UHGV virus genome: UHGV-0218015
From: a virus
DNA: 64,000 nucleotides
Strand: one strand, 5' to 3'
Part shown: piece by piece, positions 55,319 to 64,000 of the stretch
Position numbering within the stretch: position 1 is the first letter of the stretch
Layout: each line of letters starts with the position of its first letter
Notes under the pieces: model-generated
Told to the model about the DNA's origin: nothing
Seen by the model: only the letters and a program-made list of their open reading frames with translations
Database searches by the model: none
Translations under genes and position numbers: made by a program

Positions 55319-58300
55319 TTACGCCCGTTTACGACCAACGTCGAGTTGGCGGGCAGGTTGTTCAACCGCGATGTTACGTGATGCTGACCCCGGGGCAGAA
55401 GCCGCCGAACTAGCTGGGGAGGACTGCATAGCCTGTGGTCGCTGACGAAGAATTGTAACAATCTCTCTCAGATAACCCGCAGACTCTTTTGCAACCGCCA
55501 GCTGCTGTACGCTAATCGGATCACCGCTGTTCACCGTTGGCGCAGTCTGTGCATCAGACGTTACCGTTGGCGCAGGACGAGCTGTTTTCTCCATTTGCTG
55601 TCTAGCACCTTCTTTTACTTTGGCAACTTCCTCTTCGCCCAGGCCATCAGCACGCGCATTTTGACCCACCGTTTCAACAACGACAGACGCATCACTTGGC
55701 GTGACGTCACCGCCAGGACTCGGCACAGCTGGACCACCCCCAGTTGCAGCTTTAATATCTTCAGCGCCCATCGCTCCTTTGTCTGCTAAAGCGGAGTCAC
55801 GATTCGCCTCGTTCGCGGCTGGCAGGTTATCTGCCGGACCAGAAATAGACGGATCGTTAGCTGCGCCAGCAGCAATTGCAGGAGACGATGGAACTGGCGA
55901 TAACCCTTTTGTCATGTTTTTCGCAGACGCAGGATTTGCCGCAATCTCGTTAGTTCCAACCGCGCCCATACGGCGGTTCAGTTCCTCGACAACCTCACCG
56001 ATCGTACGCATCCTAACGCGTTTCTTCCCGTTCATGATATAGAAAACACCTTCGTTGCCGTTAAGAACAGCAGGTGTAATATACTTCACTTTGTCGGGCG
56101 ACCCGTTAGGATTGGTTTTCCAGGCTTTAAGGAACTCAGCACCACCACCTGGACCTAAGAAGTGGTATAGGTACGCTACTGCCGGAGGTGGGGCAATTCC
56201 ACCCAGATCCTTTTGTGCGGTCTTGATGTTGTCTCTAATGAAGTTAACACCTAAGATTGCGTTAGCCCACGGGTCGAACTGGTCGGTTTGTGGGATACCG
56301 TATCTTCGGGCGTACTGCTTCATAACCCCGTTCCAAGTACCATTGGTAAATTGGAACAGTCCAGCGGCAGACATCTTATTACTTCTCGGTCTACCAGAGG
56401 ATGCGCCAGGGTAGTTGCCATACTGTAAGCCAGATTCTGCTTGTGCCATTGCAATCGCAACGGATGGCGGAACACCCACCATGTTTGCCGCGTCAATAAT
56501 CAATGACTTAATGGCTTCGGTATTTGACTGCATCGGTTTGCCAAGCATTTCCCTTGGGTATTTAGTCACTAACGATTTGTAATCACCGTCTTGTAACTCA
56601 CCGAGGGTGATACCAGATTGTCCAGTGGAATACTTCGCATAGTTCCCTATACCCATATCGCCAACAACTTGTGATAAGTCACCTGGCGTACCGTAGTACT
56701 GACCACCTTTTGGTAAGTATCCGTCGTTTGAAGCTTCGCCGTAGCTGTTAATTCCCTTATAACGCTCTTTGCTATCTTCATTCGTCTGATGGACACTGGA
56801 GTTTGTCGCTGGTGATTTCCATGTCATACGCTTAGGCGTGCTCGGTGTTTCTTTGAGCATATTCCTTACAGCCAGATCAGGTTCTTTAGACAACTCTTTC
56901 AACGTTGCTAATTCTTCCTTCACCGAACCCGCGTCAGTATTCGCATCGCCTCCTAACGGGTTAAATGCGATTTCCCACACAGACTGACGGATACCCCCTT
57001 TCATGTTGTAAGCACCACGCATCATCAGTGCCAGCTCATAGAGGAAACCCCCCGTGAGTTTCAAATCCAACGGATCGGCATGAGGTACGTAACGTTTTAC
57101 ACCATAAACGTAGGTCATGAATACTGGTAAGAATCGATTATAGAACCAGTTCTTGTAACGCTCCTCTTTTGGACCGCCAATTGCATCAGGCGCAATCGCA
57201 GAAATTGCTTTCTTCCAATCACCCTTATAAATGCAATTTTTGATATCCGTGTCTTTCAACACTTCTTTCTCAAGCAACCTAAAGAGGGTACGTGTTGTCT
57301 CATTAACAGATTTCACACCGTAAGATTTCCAACGGACGGATTCCATCGCGTCCAAATCTTTCTTCTCAGGTAATACTCTCCAGTCAACTTGAATTTGAAC
57401 CTGTTCAGTACCGTCTTCCCAACCCTCAGCTTTAGCAACGGTTTCGTTACGTTCGGTATCGTTCTTCGCGAGTACCTGCGAAGATTCTGCCACAGAAGCA
57501 ACCTTATGTCCTTCAGGCACAGCACCGGCTCTAGTTGTTTTCTTACGCTTATCATCGCGGCGCATGTTGATCGAACGGAAAACACGATCTTGTGCCTCAA
57601 CAACTTCTTCGCCTGACAAAAATTCTGCCGGTGTGAAGGTCACGAAATCCCACGCTTTAGAGAACCAACCTTGGTTAACTTTACGGGGGTCTGTCAGCGA
57701 TTTAAAAGCAGGTGCATCTTTTGTCATCTTCATTTTGTTAAAGATGGTAAGCATGTCTGCTTTTGATACCTTCGACGGATTACCGACGTCAGCTAACGCG
57801 ATATCGTTATCCATTGAACGTAACGCTGTAATCCAACGTAAATAGATCGGCACAAAACGTTGTAGCATAAACGCACTAAACGCCAGCATTTCGCCTTTGT
57901 CTTCTACGTTAGTACCAAACCCTTCGGCCAGTTTCTTCACATCGTCACCGGACAAACCACGCAGCTGCGCTTGACCGTTCTCTGTATAAGAGATATACGG
58001 TTTCAAGTTGTCTTCTAAATAACGTGCTTTTGCACCGTCGTCGGAAGACCATTCATCGTGGTCTCTAAAACCGTACTGTGCCAATCGCATGTTATCCAGA
58101 TACTGGGCATTTACACGATCTTTAGTTTTATAATAAAACCACGTTAACCCTGCGCCAGCGGCTACCAAACCGATAATCGGCCAGCCAACCGCAGTTACCA
58201 CTGCAGATGCAGCTGTCGCGACAGCACTAACCGCAGGGACAGCCAAACGGGTCACGGCAAACTTACCAACGTTCCACAACGCTTTGCCTGCAAATCCAAC

Positions 58301-61300
58301 CGGCTTGAAGATTCCCCATTTTGCAAGTTTACCTAAGATTGAACCCACTGTGCCTAAAATACTCACGATTGGTCCTACCAACGGCAATCCTTTAAGGAAA
58401 TCCATTACCCCACGTTTACCACCTTTCTTCTCAGCCTCTTTCTTAGCCTTTTCCTCTTCCTTAGAACGCCGACGGCGTCGGAAGAACTGGAAGTAATCGC
58501 GTTTTTCATCACTGGCAGGCGGCTTATTGCGTTGGCCGAACTTACTGAACATAGTTCTTAACAAACCTTCCGAAGCACCTGCTTTTTCCGCAGAATCACG
58601 CATGGTGTTAAACCATGACATTTCCTGAAGATTAACCATTCGGTTCAGGCGTTCCAGTAAAGCTGACCCAACGCTACGGGCTTTCTGTTTCCCTTTATTA
58701 ATCACACGTCCAGCGCTATCCGTTACGGTGTCTAAGTCTTCTTTTGCCGCATCGATGATACGTGTTTTAGACACCTTGCCTCTTGCGTAGATGTGCTGAC
58801 GATAAAACTCAGCAACATCGTCATCGCGTCCTGCTAAACGACTCTCCATTCGATAACGTGTGCCGATATCGTAACGTGGGTCTCGGAAAGTATCGACCAT
58901 ATCGCTTGCACGGCCACGGAAACGATCAAACCAACCACGTGCGGCACCGCCCCAACGAGAAAGACGACCACCTACCGCATTGCGATAACGGGACATTCTG
59001 TCACGCATCCGACCGCGCCAATCCCGGAACCCCTGAAAATGTTCACGGAACCCTTCACGTATGTCCTTAGCACGTTGGAATAATCCTTTAACTGAGCTGG
59101 CTCCCGTATTCCGTTCCATCTGTTCTGTCCAGGTATCATCTTCTGGTTCACCTGGCAATCTCCGGTTAAGGAGTTTGTAGATACGGATTAAGATGTGGTT
59201 AGTTTTACGGCCGTTCGACCATGAGAACACACTAAACCCACCACCAGAACCCCCTTCCTTACGGTTCTGCCACCAACGTGTCAGAGGGTTATCAGAAGCC
59301 AACTCTTTGAGCTTCTCAAACCCGCGTTTTGCATTGTTCCACAAACGCGCTGGCATTCCCGTTACACGGGAAATCATGCTTTGTAAACGGGTTTTCTCTG
59401 CGCCCTCTGGAACCTCATTTAGCCACTCGCGTGCTTTCTCGAACAACGAAGCCGCTTTAGGTGAAATGAAGCCCAGAAGTTTCTTCGGTAAAGTCACAGC
59501 TTTGTTTACCGCCGTTCCTGCTTTCCCAGAAATGTACTGGAAAAGCGCTTGAACTTTACCACCTTTGTAGAAGCGCAGTTTACCTGCGGCAGCCAAATCA
59601 GCAGCAGCTAAGATTAAATTACCCGCTTCATCGACAATATCGCGTCCCAGTTTAATATCGTCGAGGGTTTTAAGTTGAATCAGCTTCTCAGTTTTCGGGT
59701 CAGCCTGGTAATATTCCCCAGCTTCTAAACGACTTCCTTGTAATACGACGTTGCCACGTTCATCGTAAATATCACGAACACCTAAAACGCCTTTACCGAA
59801 AGCTACAGCAGAATTCCAACCTGTCGATAGAGTACCTGTTACTAACCCTTTCAGTCGGCTAAATACACCGGGTCCTTCGGAGGGGCCGCCTGAGAATTTC
59901 CCACGGATAAAACCACCTAAAGCCTGCAGACGATCTTTCCCACGTAGGAACAGATTCTTACCAAACCGCCCTACACCTGAACCGGTATCCCAAAGCACCC
60001 CAGCCCAACGGCGTAACAAGCCTGTCTCGCCTAGCACAATACGTTTGCGTTTACGACGACGTTTACGACCCGAGTCACTCGAACTTTCAGATTCGTCACC
60101 GTCATCACGACTACCGCCTAAACTGGCTAGGAGAATACCTTCCTCATCCATGTTCTTAACGTGTTTGAGGATATCTTGCACTGTGCTAGATTCGGGCTGT
60201 TTACGTACAGCATCAATCAAACGGTCGAATTGGTGCTCCAACCCGGCGTTCGTGTCTGGACGACTGCTTAATAGTTCAACAAAGTTAGTGGATTTCTCTC
60301 CATAAAGTACCGCAGCGAGTTGGCGTGCGCTTAAACCGCGACCACGACCTCCTTTTCCACCGCCACGTACATTGGACAGTTCTTTGTCTTCAAAGCTCGG
60401 CTCTGCGCCTGCACCCATCCGACGCAAGTAATCACCCAGCGCAGAACCGTTTTGCAATTTACGCTGAATCTCTTGCTCACGGGTTAACGAACGTCCAGAG
60501 CGGGTCTTACCCATCGACAGGTCATTAAATAACGTATAGGGATCGTTAATGTCCTTATCAACCTCGAAAATGTCATTCTTCGCATCGTATTTAAAAATAC
60601 CGGAATCACGAAGTGCATTCTCGCCGTAAATCACAGACGCAGCATCAACAGTGTCCTGACGTGCGCGAATCGTTGACTGGATAGCGGCGATTTTGTTTGA
60701 AATCGCGTTGCTCAGTTCATGGTGCCCACCAACCAGTTCCGCAGAACGGGCTTCTAAAACACCCTGAATCGCTTCCACAGCGTTTGCGTTCATGTACCGA
60801 TACATGTGCATCGGGTCTTTCAATAAAGACCCTACGTCGAACGCTTTCCCTTCTGAGGCACGAGATTCGATGTAGTCCGCTAATGCTTGACGTGTTTTAT
60901 TATCGAGCGTTTTATCTTTATCGATAAAGTCAACAGTGTCGTTGATGTAAGTCTGTAAACGTTTACGCTGATCGTCATTAGCGACCGCTTTACGAACACG
61001 ATTACCAATAACTTTACGATCCACCATACCGCGTGTGGTCAGGTCATAAACCTGATCGTGGTGTTCCCCATATCCACGACGAATAGATTTGTTAATCTCG
61101 GACAGTAACGTCGGAATAACTTCAGTGATGCTGAGGTAAGCTTTACGATCGAATTTCGCCGCCGCAGAAAGAGATTCCGCAGAGCGATCGTCTAATGCTA
61201 ACGTTTCGCGACGTAGCGGGTTAACCAATCCCAAATCGTGCATTAGGCGAAACAGATCAGCTAACGGGCCGCTTGTTTCTCCTGCTATTGCTGAGTTAGA

Positions 61301-62485
61301 GATGGACGACAAATTTCCAAAACCATACTTCGCCAACTGAAGGCGTTTCATGACTTCTGGATTTTTCTCTAACTCGCCACGAGTCCAGTTTTGTAGACGT
61401 TCGATCTGTGGTTGTAAGAGTCGTTTTGCTAACCAACCACCTGCAAAACCTGCCGCTTTATTACGCGAGTTTGTATTACGACGGTCAGGAGACAACGATG
61501 AGCTGTCCGACATGTCAAAGTCGTCTTCCTGGGCCATCCCTAGAACTTGTTCTAGAATCCCACGACCATCGCTAAAGACGTTCGAGATTTTCTTCTTCGC
61601 GTTCTCACGAATCTGGCTAATGAAATTGTCTGCGTAATGTAAGGGGTTCATCCACTCCGCAGCTTTACGTTTTACATTAGCCCAACGAATTTCAGAAAAC
61701 TCTTCCTTCGCGTAGTCTGGCAGTGCTGTATTCTTAACGATAGCTTCTAATGCCGGTGTATTGCGTGCAAACTCGTCTTGTTTGAGTTTCGCAATATCCT
61801 GCAAAGCAAACAATGTCCGATATTGCAGCTCTAACTGCTTACGCTGAACATTCAACAACACGCCACGACTTAAGCTAGTCGTTAAGTTGACGTCTTTTGC
61901 AATACCGATTACTGTCTGGAACAGTGCGTCGGACTTCATGTCCTTAATCGTGTCACGCAAGCGGTCTTCAACCATCCCTTCTTGCGTTTCGCGTTGTTGG
62001 TCCGCTGTTTGCGGTGCACCTGAGAACACGCTATCCAGCTCACGATCCATCAACGCTTGTTTAGGATCGTAATTCCCGTAGTCGACTTGATCGTTACGTG
62101 CCCACTTGTCGATTTTCCGTGTTACGGATTCCGGTAAATACCGTTTCAGTGTTGGGCCTAACTGTCTCGCTTGCATCTTAACGACGCGAGACGTCTTTTC
62201 AATCTCGTCTTTCGTATGGGCCAGAATGTCTTGACCTGCAGCTTTAACGTTTTGATAGCCTTCGTAGGCTTCTGCCGCAGGTTTAGGCATCCCTTTTAAA
62301 ATAACCTGATCACGTTTGTTTTCGGGCCAGATAGTCGACAACGCCGACTTACGGGCAGCACGAAATGTGTCCATGACCGGGTTACGCGATTGGTCTTGTT
62401 GACGAGGGGGCTCATCAAAATCGTCCCAGTCGTCCATGTTATCAAGATCGATTTCATCGAAATCATCTTTACCTTTTTTAGCCAT
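55319..62485 (-). CDS. giant virion protein (2388 aa) with transmembrane block and lytic transglycosylase domain
   Basis: Acidic N-terminus; hydrophobic helices around aa 1290-1385 (at about nt 58330-58615); SLT family motifs VAIAMAQAESGLQYG...AAGLFQFTNGTW...AYLYHFLGPGG near the C-terminus (at about nt 56000-56400). Size and domain placement resemble phiKZ gp181 as I recall it. Confidence 0.8.
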   Translation of the reverse strand: MAKKGKDDFDEIDLDNMDDWDDFDEPPRQQDQSRNPVMDTFRAARKSALSTIWPENKRDQVILKGMPKPAAEAYEGYQNVKAAGQDILAHTKDEIEKTSRVVKMQARQLGPTLKRYLPESVTRKIDKWARNDQVDYGNYDPKQALMDRELDSVFSGAPQTADQQRETQEGMVEDRLRDTIKDMKSDALFQTVIGIAKDVNLTTSLSRGVLLNVQRKQLELQYRTLFALQDIAKLKQDEFARNTPALEAIVKNTALPDYAKEEFSEIRWANVKRKAAEWMNPLHYADNFISQIRENAKKKISNVFSDGRGILEQVLGMAQEDDFDMSDSSSLSPDRRNTNSRNKAAGFAGGWLAKRLLQPQIERLQNWTRGELEKNPEVMKRLQLAKYGFGNLSSISNSAIAGETSGPLADLFRLMHDLGLVNPLRRETLALDDRSAESLSAAAKFDRKAYLSITEVIPTLLSEINKSIRRGYGEHHDQVYDLTTRGMVDRKVIGNRVRKAVANDDQRKRLQTYINDTVDFIDKDKTLDNKTRQALADYIESRASEGKAFDVGSLLKDPMHMYRYMNANAVEAIQGVLEARSAELVGGHHELSNAISNKIAAIQSTIRARQDTVDAASVIYGENALRDSGIFKYDAKNDIFEVDKDINDPYTLFNDLSMGKTRSGRSLTREQEIQRKLQNGSALGDYLRRMGAGAEPSFEDKELSNVRGGGKGGRGRGLSARQLAAVLYGEKSTNFVELLSSRPDTNAGLEHQFDRLIDAVRKQPESSTVQDILKHVKNMDEEGILLASLGGSRDDGDESESSSDSGRKRRRKRKRIVLGETGLLRRWAGVLWDTGSGVGRFGKNLFLRGKDRLQALGGFIRGKFSGGPSEGPGVFSRLKGLVTGTLSTGWNSAVAFGKGVLGVRDIYDERGNVVLQGSRLEAGEYYQADPKTEKLIQLKTLDDIKLGRDIVDEAGNLILAAADLAAAGKLRFYKGGKVQALFQYISGKAGTAVNKAVTLPKKLLGFISPKAASLFEKAREWLNEVPEGAEKTRLQSMISRVTGMPARLWNNAKRGFEKLKELASDNPLTRWWQNRKEGGSGGGFSVFSWSNGRKTNHILIRIYKLLNRRLPGEPEDDTWTEQMERNTGASSVKGLFQRAKDIREGFREHFQGFRDWRGRMRDRMSRYRNAVGGRLSRWGGAARGWFDRFRGRASDMVDTFRDPRYDIGTRYRMESRLAGRDDDVAEFYRQHIYARGKVSKTRIIDAAKEDLDTVTDSAGRVINKGKQKARSVGSALLERLNRMVNLQEMSWFNTMRDSAEKAGASEGLLRTMFSKFGQRNKPPASDEKRDYFQFFRRRRRSKEEEKAKKEAEKKGGKRGVMDFLKGLPLVGPIVSILGTVGSILGKLAKWGIFKPVGFAGKALWNVGKFAVTRLAVPAVSAVATAASAVVTAVGWPIIGLVAAGAGLTWFYYKTKDRVNAQYLDNMRLAQYGFRDHDEWSSDDGAKARYLEDNLKPYISYTENGQAQLRGLSGDDVKKLAEGFGTNVEDKGEMLAFSAFMLQRFVPIYLRWITALRSMDNDIALADVGNPSKVSKADMLTIFNKMKMTKDAPAFKSLTDPRKVNQGWFSKAWDFVTFTPAEFLSGEEVVEAQDRVFRSINMRRDDKRKKTTRAGAVPEGHKVASVAESSQVLAKNDTERNETVAKAEGWEDGTEQVQIQVDWRVLPEKKDLDAMESVRWKSYGVKSVNETTRTLFRLLEKEVLKDTDIKNCIYKGDWKKAISAIAPDAIGGPKEERYKNWFYNRFLPVFMTYVYGVKRYVPHADPLDLKLTGGFLYELALMMRGAYNMKGGIRQSVWEIAFNPLGGDANTDAGSVKEELATLKELSKEPDLAVRNMLKETPSTPKRMTWKSPATNSSVHQTNEDSKERYKGINSYGEASNDGYLPKGGQYYGTPGDLSQVVGDMGIGNYAKYSTGQSGITLGELQDGDYKSLVTKYPREMLGKPMQSNTEAIKSLIIDAANMVGVPPSVAIAMAQAESGLQYGNYPGASSGRPRSNKMSAAGLFQFTNGTWNGVMKQYARRYGIPQTDQFDPWANAILGVNFIRDNIKTAQKDLGGIAPPPAVAYLYHFLGPGGGAEFLKAWKTNPNGSPDKVKYITPAVLNGNEGVFYIMNGKKRVRMRTIGEVVEELNRRMGAVGTNEIAANPASAKNMTKGLSPVPSSPAIAAGAANDPSISGPADNLPAANEANRDSALADKGAMGAEDIKAATGGGPAVPSPGGDVTPSDASVVVETVGQNARADGLGEEEVAKVKEGARQQMEKTARPAPTVTSDAQTAPTVNSGDPISVQQLAVAKESAGYLREIVTILRQRPQAMQSSPASSAASAPGSASRNIAVEQPARQLDVGRKRA

Positions 62486-62514
62486 AACGTTTAATCCGTA
62501 TCAGGAGATTTAGC

Positions 62515-64000
62515 GTGAATAAACTTAATTGGGTTGACTTTTATCTGCTCAATGTAAACAAGTCTCTTGTGTCGCGATTACGACCCGTCACGACCACGGA
62601 TACTTTCCAGGGGTTAACAAAAAACTTTCACCCCGAAGGTCTTTACTCTACAGAGATTTTTGGACTCACGGGTAGTGAAGCGCGAGACTCTACATTCTCT
62701 TATATCGATATTAAGCTCGATATCATTTCGCCGACAGTGTGTTTGGCGTTATTCCAACTCAAACAACTCTACGAAGAAATTTGTTCTGGAAAACGCTACG
62801 CAACGTGGAGCGAAAAAGAAAAAGATTTCGAACCGGCCTTGCCGGGAGACCCAGGCGCAGATACCGGTTTTAACTTCTTCCTCAGTCACTATAACGATTT
62901 AAAACCTAAGCGTAACGAGTCCCTACAACGTGACGAAACCGTGGATTTCTTTTTGAAATTCCGCCCCGTCAGTCTTAGTCGATACGTTCTCGTGTTACCC
63001 GCGGGTTTACGCGATTTAGTAATTCGGCAAGATGGCAGAGAGCAAGAAGAAGAAATCGGTGGGATGTATCGTCGGTTGGTATCTCTCGCCAGGGCAATCC
63101 CTGACCGAGCAACCCGTGTCGAATTAACTAACCCCGTACGCTGGAAACTTCAACAAACCTTCAATGACATCTGGATGTATTTCTTTAACATCCAAGACGG
63201 TAAAGGGGGTTTCCAACGTCGTAAAGTGACGTCTCGTAAATTAATGAACGGGACACGTAACGTATTGTCCTCGTTCTCGACGGGGTCTAAATGCATGGGT
63301 CGTGAAGACGCTATTCGTCCTACCGACACCAAAATTGGTTTATACCAGGGTTTAAAAGCATTACTCCCTGTTGCGCAGTACCAAATACGTGAACGTTACC
63401 TCGGTAACATCCGTGCTGGTGATGGCAACCTTTACGGCGTAAACACCAAAACCCTTAAACGTGAATTCTTGGAAGTAGGTGGTCGTGTATACGACACCTT
63501 TACCACCGACGATGGGATTGAATCCTTAATCAACCGAATGGAAGCTCGCGAGCTTCGCCATCAGCCGATTATGTTGGATGACACCCACTACATTGCGTTG
63601 GTTTACCAAGACACCAAACATTTTAAGGTGTTCTACGATATTGAAGAACTTCCTAAAACGTTTGACCGAAAATTCGTTCACGGTATGACACTCGTCGAAT
63701 TGCTTTATTTGTCGGGCTACGAACTTTGGAACGATTATTTCGGTTTCGTTACACGTTATCCCGTTACAGGCCGAGGCTCGACGTATTCATCGACCATAAG
63801 ATTGGAGACCACCACGTCATCTTTATATTTAAAAGAACTGGAAGATGACTGGGAAACTGAAAAACCCCGAGGGGCTATCAGCTACCCTGACCGGTCGGTT
63901 CCTACCTTCGTTGAGTCTATGGCACCACACCCTTCACGCTTAGGTGGCTTAGGGGGTGACTATGACGGTGATACCGGCTCGTTTAACGCGCCTATGTCCC
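62515..64000 (+). CDS. RNA polymerase beta-prime-like subunit, N-terminal part (partial; runs off the window)
   Basis: GTG start after a CAGGAG RBS; open frame to the window end (about 495 codons); GKGGFQRRKVTSRKLMNGTRNV resembles the beta-prime GRFRQNLLGKRVDYSGRSV segment and the final GGDYDGDTGSF resembles the catalytic NADFDGD loop. Confidence 0.4.
   Translation, partial: MNKLNWVDFYLLNVNKSLVSRLRPVTTTDTFQGLTKNFHPEGLYSTEIFGLTGSEARDSTFSYIDIKLDIISPTVCLALFQLKQLYEEICSGKRYATWSEKEKDFEPALPGDPGADTGFNFFLSHYNDLKPKRNESLQRDETVDFFLKFRPVSLSRYVLVLPAGLRDLVIRQDGREQEEEIGGMYRRLVSLARAIPDRATRVELTNPVRWKLQQTFNDIWMYFFNIQDGKGGFQRRKVTSRKLMNGTRNVLSSFSTGSKCMGREDAIRPTDTKIGLYQGLKALLPVAQYQIRERYLGNIRAGDGNLYGVNTKTLKREFLEVGGRVYDTFTTDDGIESLINRMEARELRHQPIMLDDTHYIALVYQDTKHFKVFYDIEELPKTFDRKFVHGMTLVELLYLSGYELWNDYFGFVTRYPVTGRGSTYSSTIRLETTTSSLYLKELEDDWETEKPRGAISYPDRSVPTFVESMAPHPSRLGGLGGDYDGDTGSFNAPMS

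Noticed and set aside
55595-62072. Numerous short plus-strand ORFs inside the giant 55319..62485 gene
   Set aside because: All are embedded in one uninterrupted 2388-aa minus-strand frame that contains coherent transmembrane and SLT domains.

Overview
The window reads as a densely packed, terminator-punctuated segment of a large virulent (probably jumbo) bacteriophage of an enterobacterial host; no integrase, transposase, rRNA, tRNA or CRISPR array was seen. The left end (92-8609, minus strand) carries two giant tail-fibre-like proteins. The right end (52520-62485, minus strand) carries virion proteins, including a 2388-aa protein with a transmembrane block and a lytic transglycosylase domain, followed by a divergently transcribed partial gene resembling an RNA polymerase beta-prime subunit. 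This, plus a repeated TATATTAC-containing promoter motif, is consistent with a phiKZ-like nucleus-forming phage, though that placement is tentative. Between them lies about 44 kb of mostly plus-strand small genes: recognisable ones are a Rad50/SbcC-like ATPase, a GNAT acetyltransferase, a TARG1/DarG-like macrodomain protein, a secreted lytic transglycosylase, a DEDDh exonuclease, an RNase HI fusion, thymidylate synthase with two insertions, and a MazG-like pyrophosphohydrolase. The most interesting candidates for undescribed biology are the macrodomain protein (possible ADP-ribosylation-reversing counter-defence), a tandem paralog family sharing a C-terminal module, a tail-anchored HEPN-like protein, a run of four secreted cysteine-containing proteins, a host-like DUF1471 gene, and three small basic paralogs. 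All calls come from reading the six-frame translations by eye; no database search was run, and coordinates of motifs are approximate to a few nucleotides.
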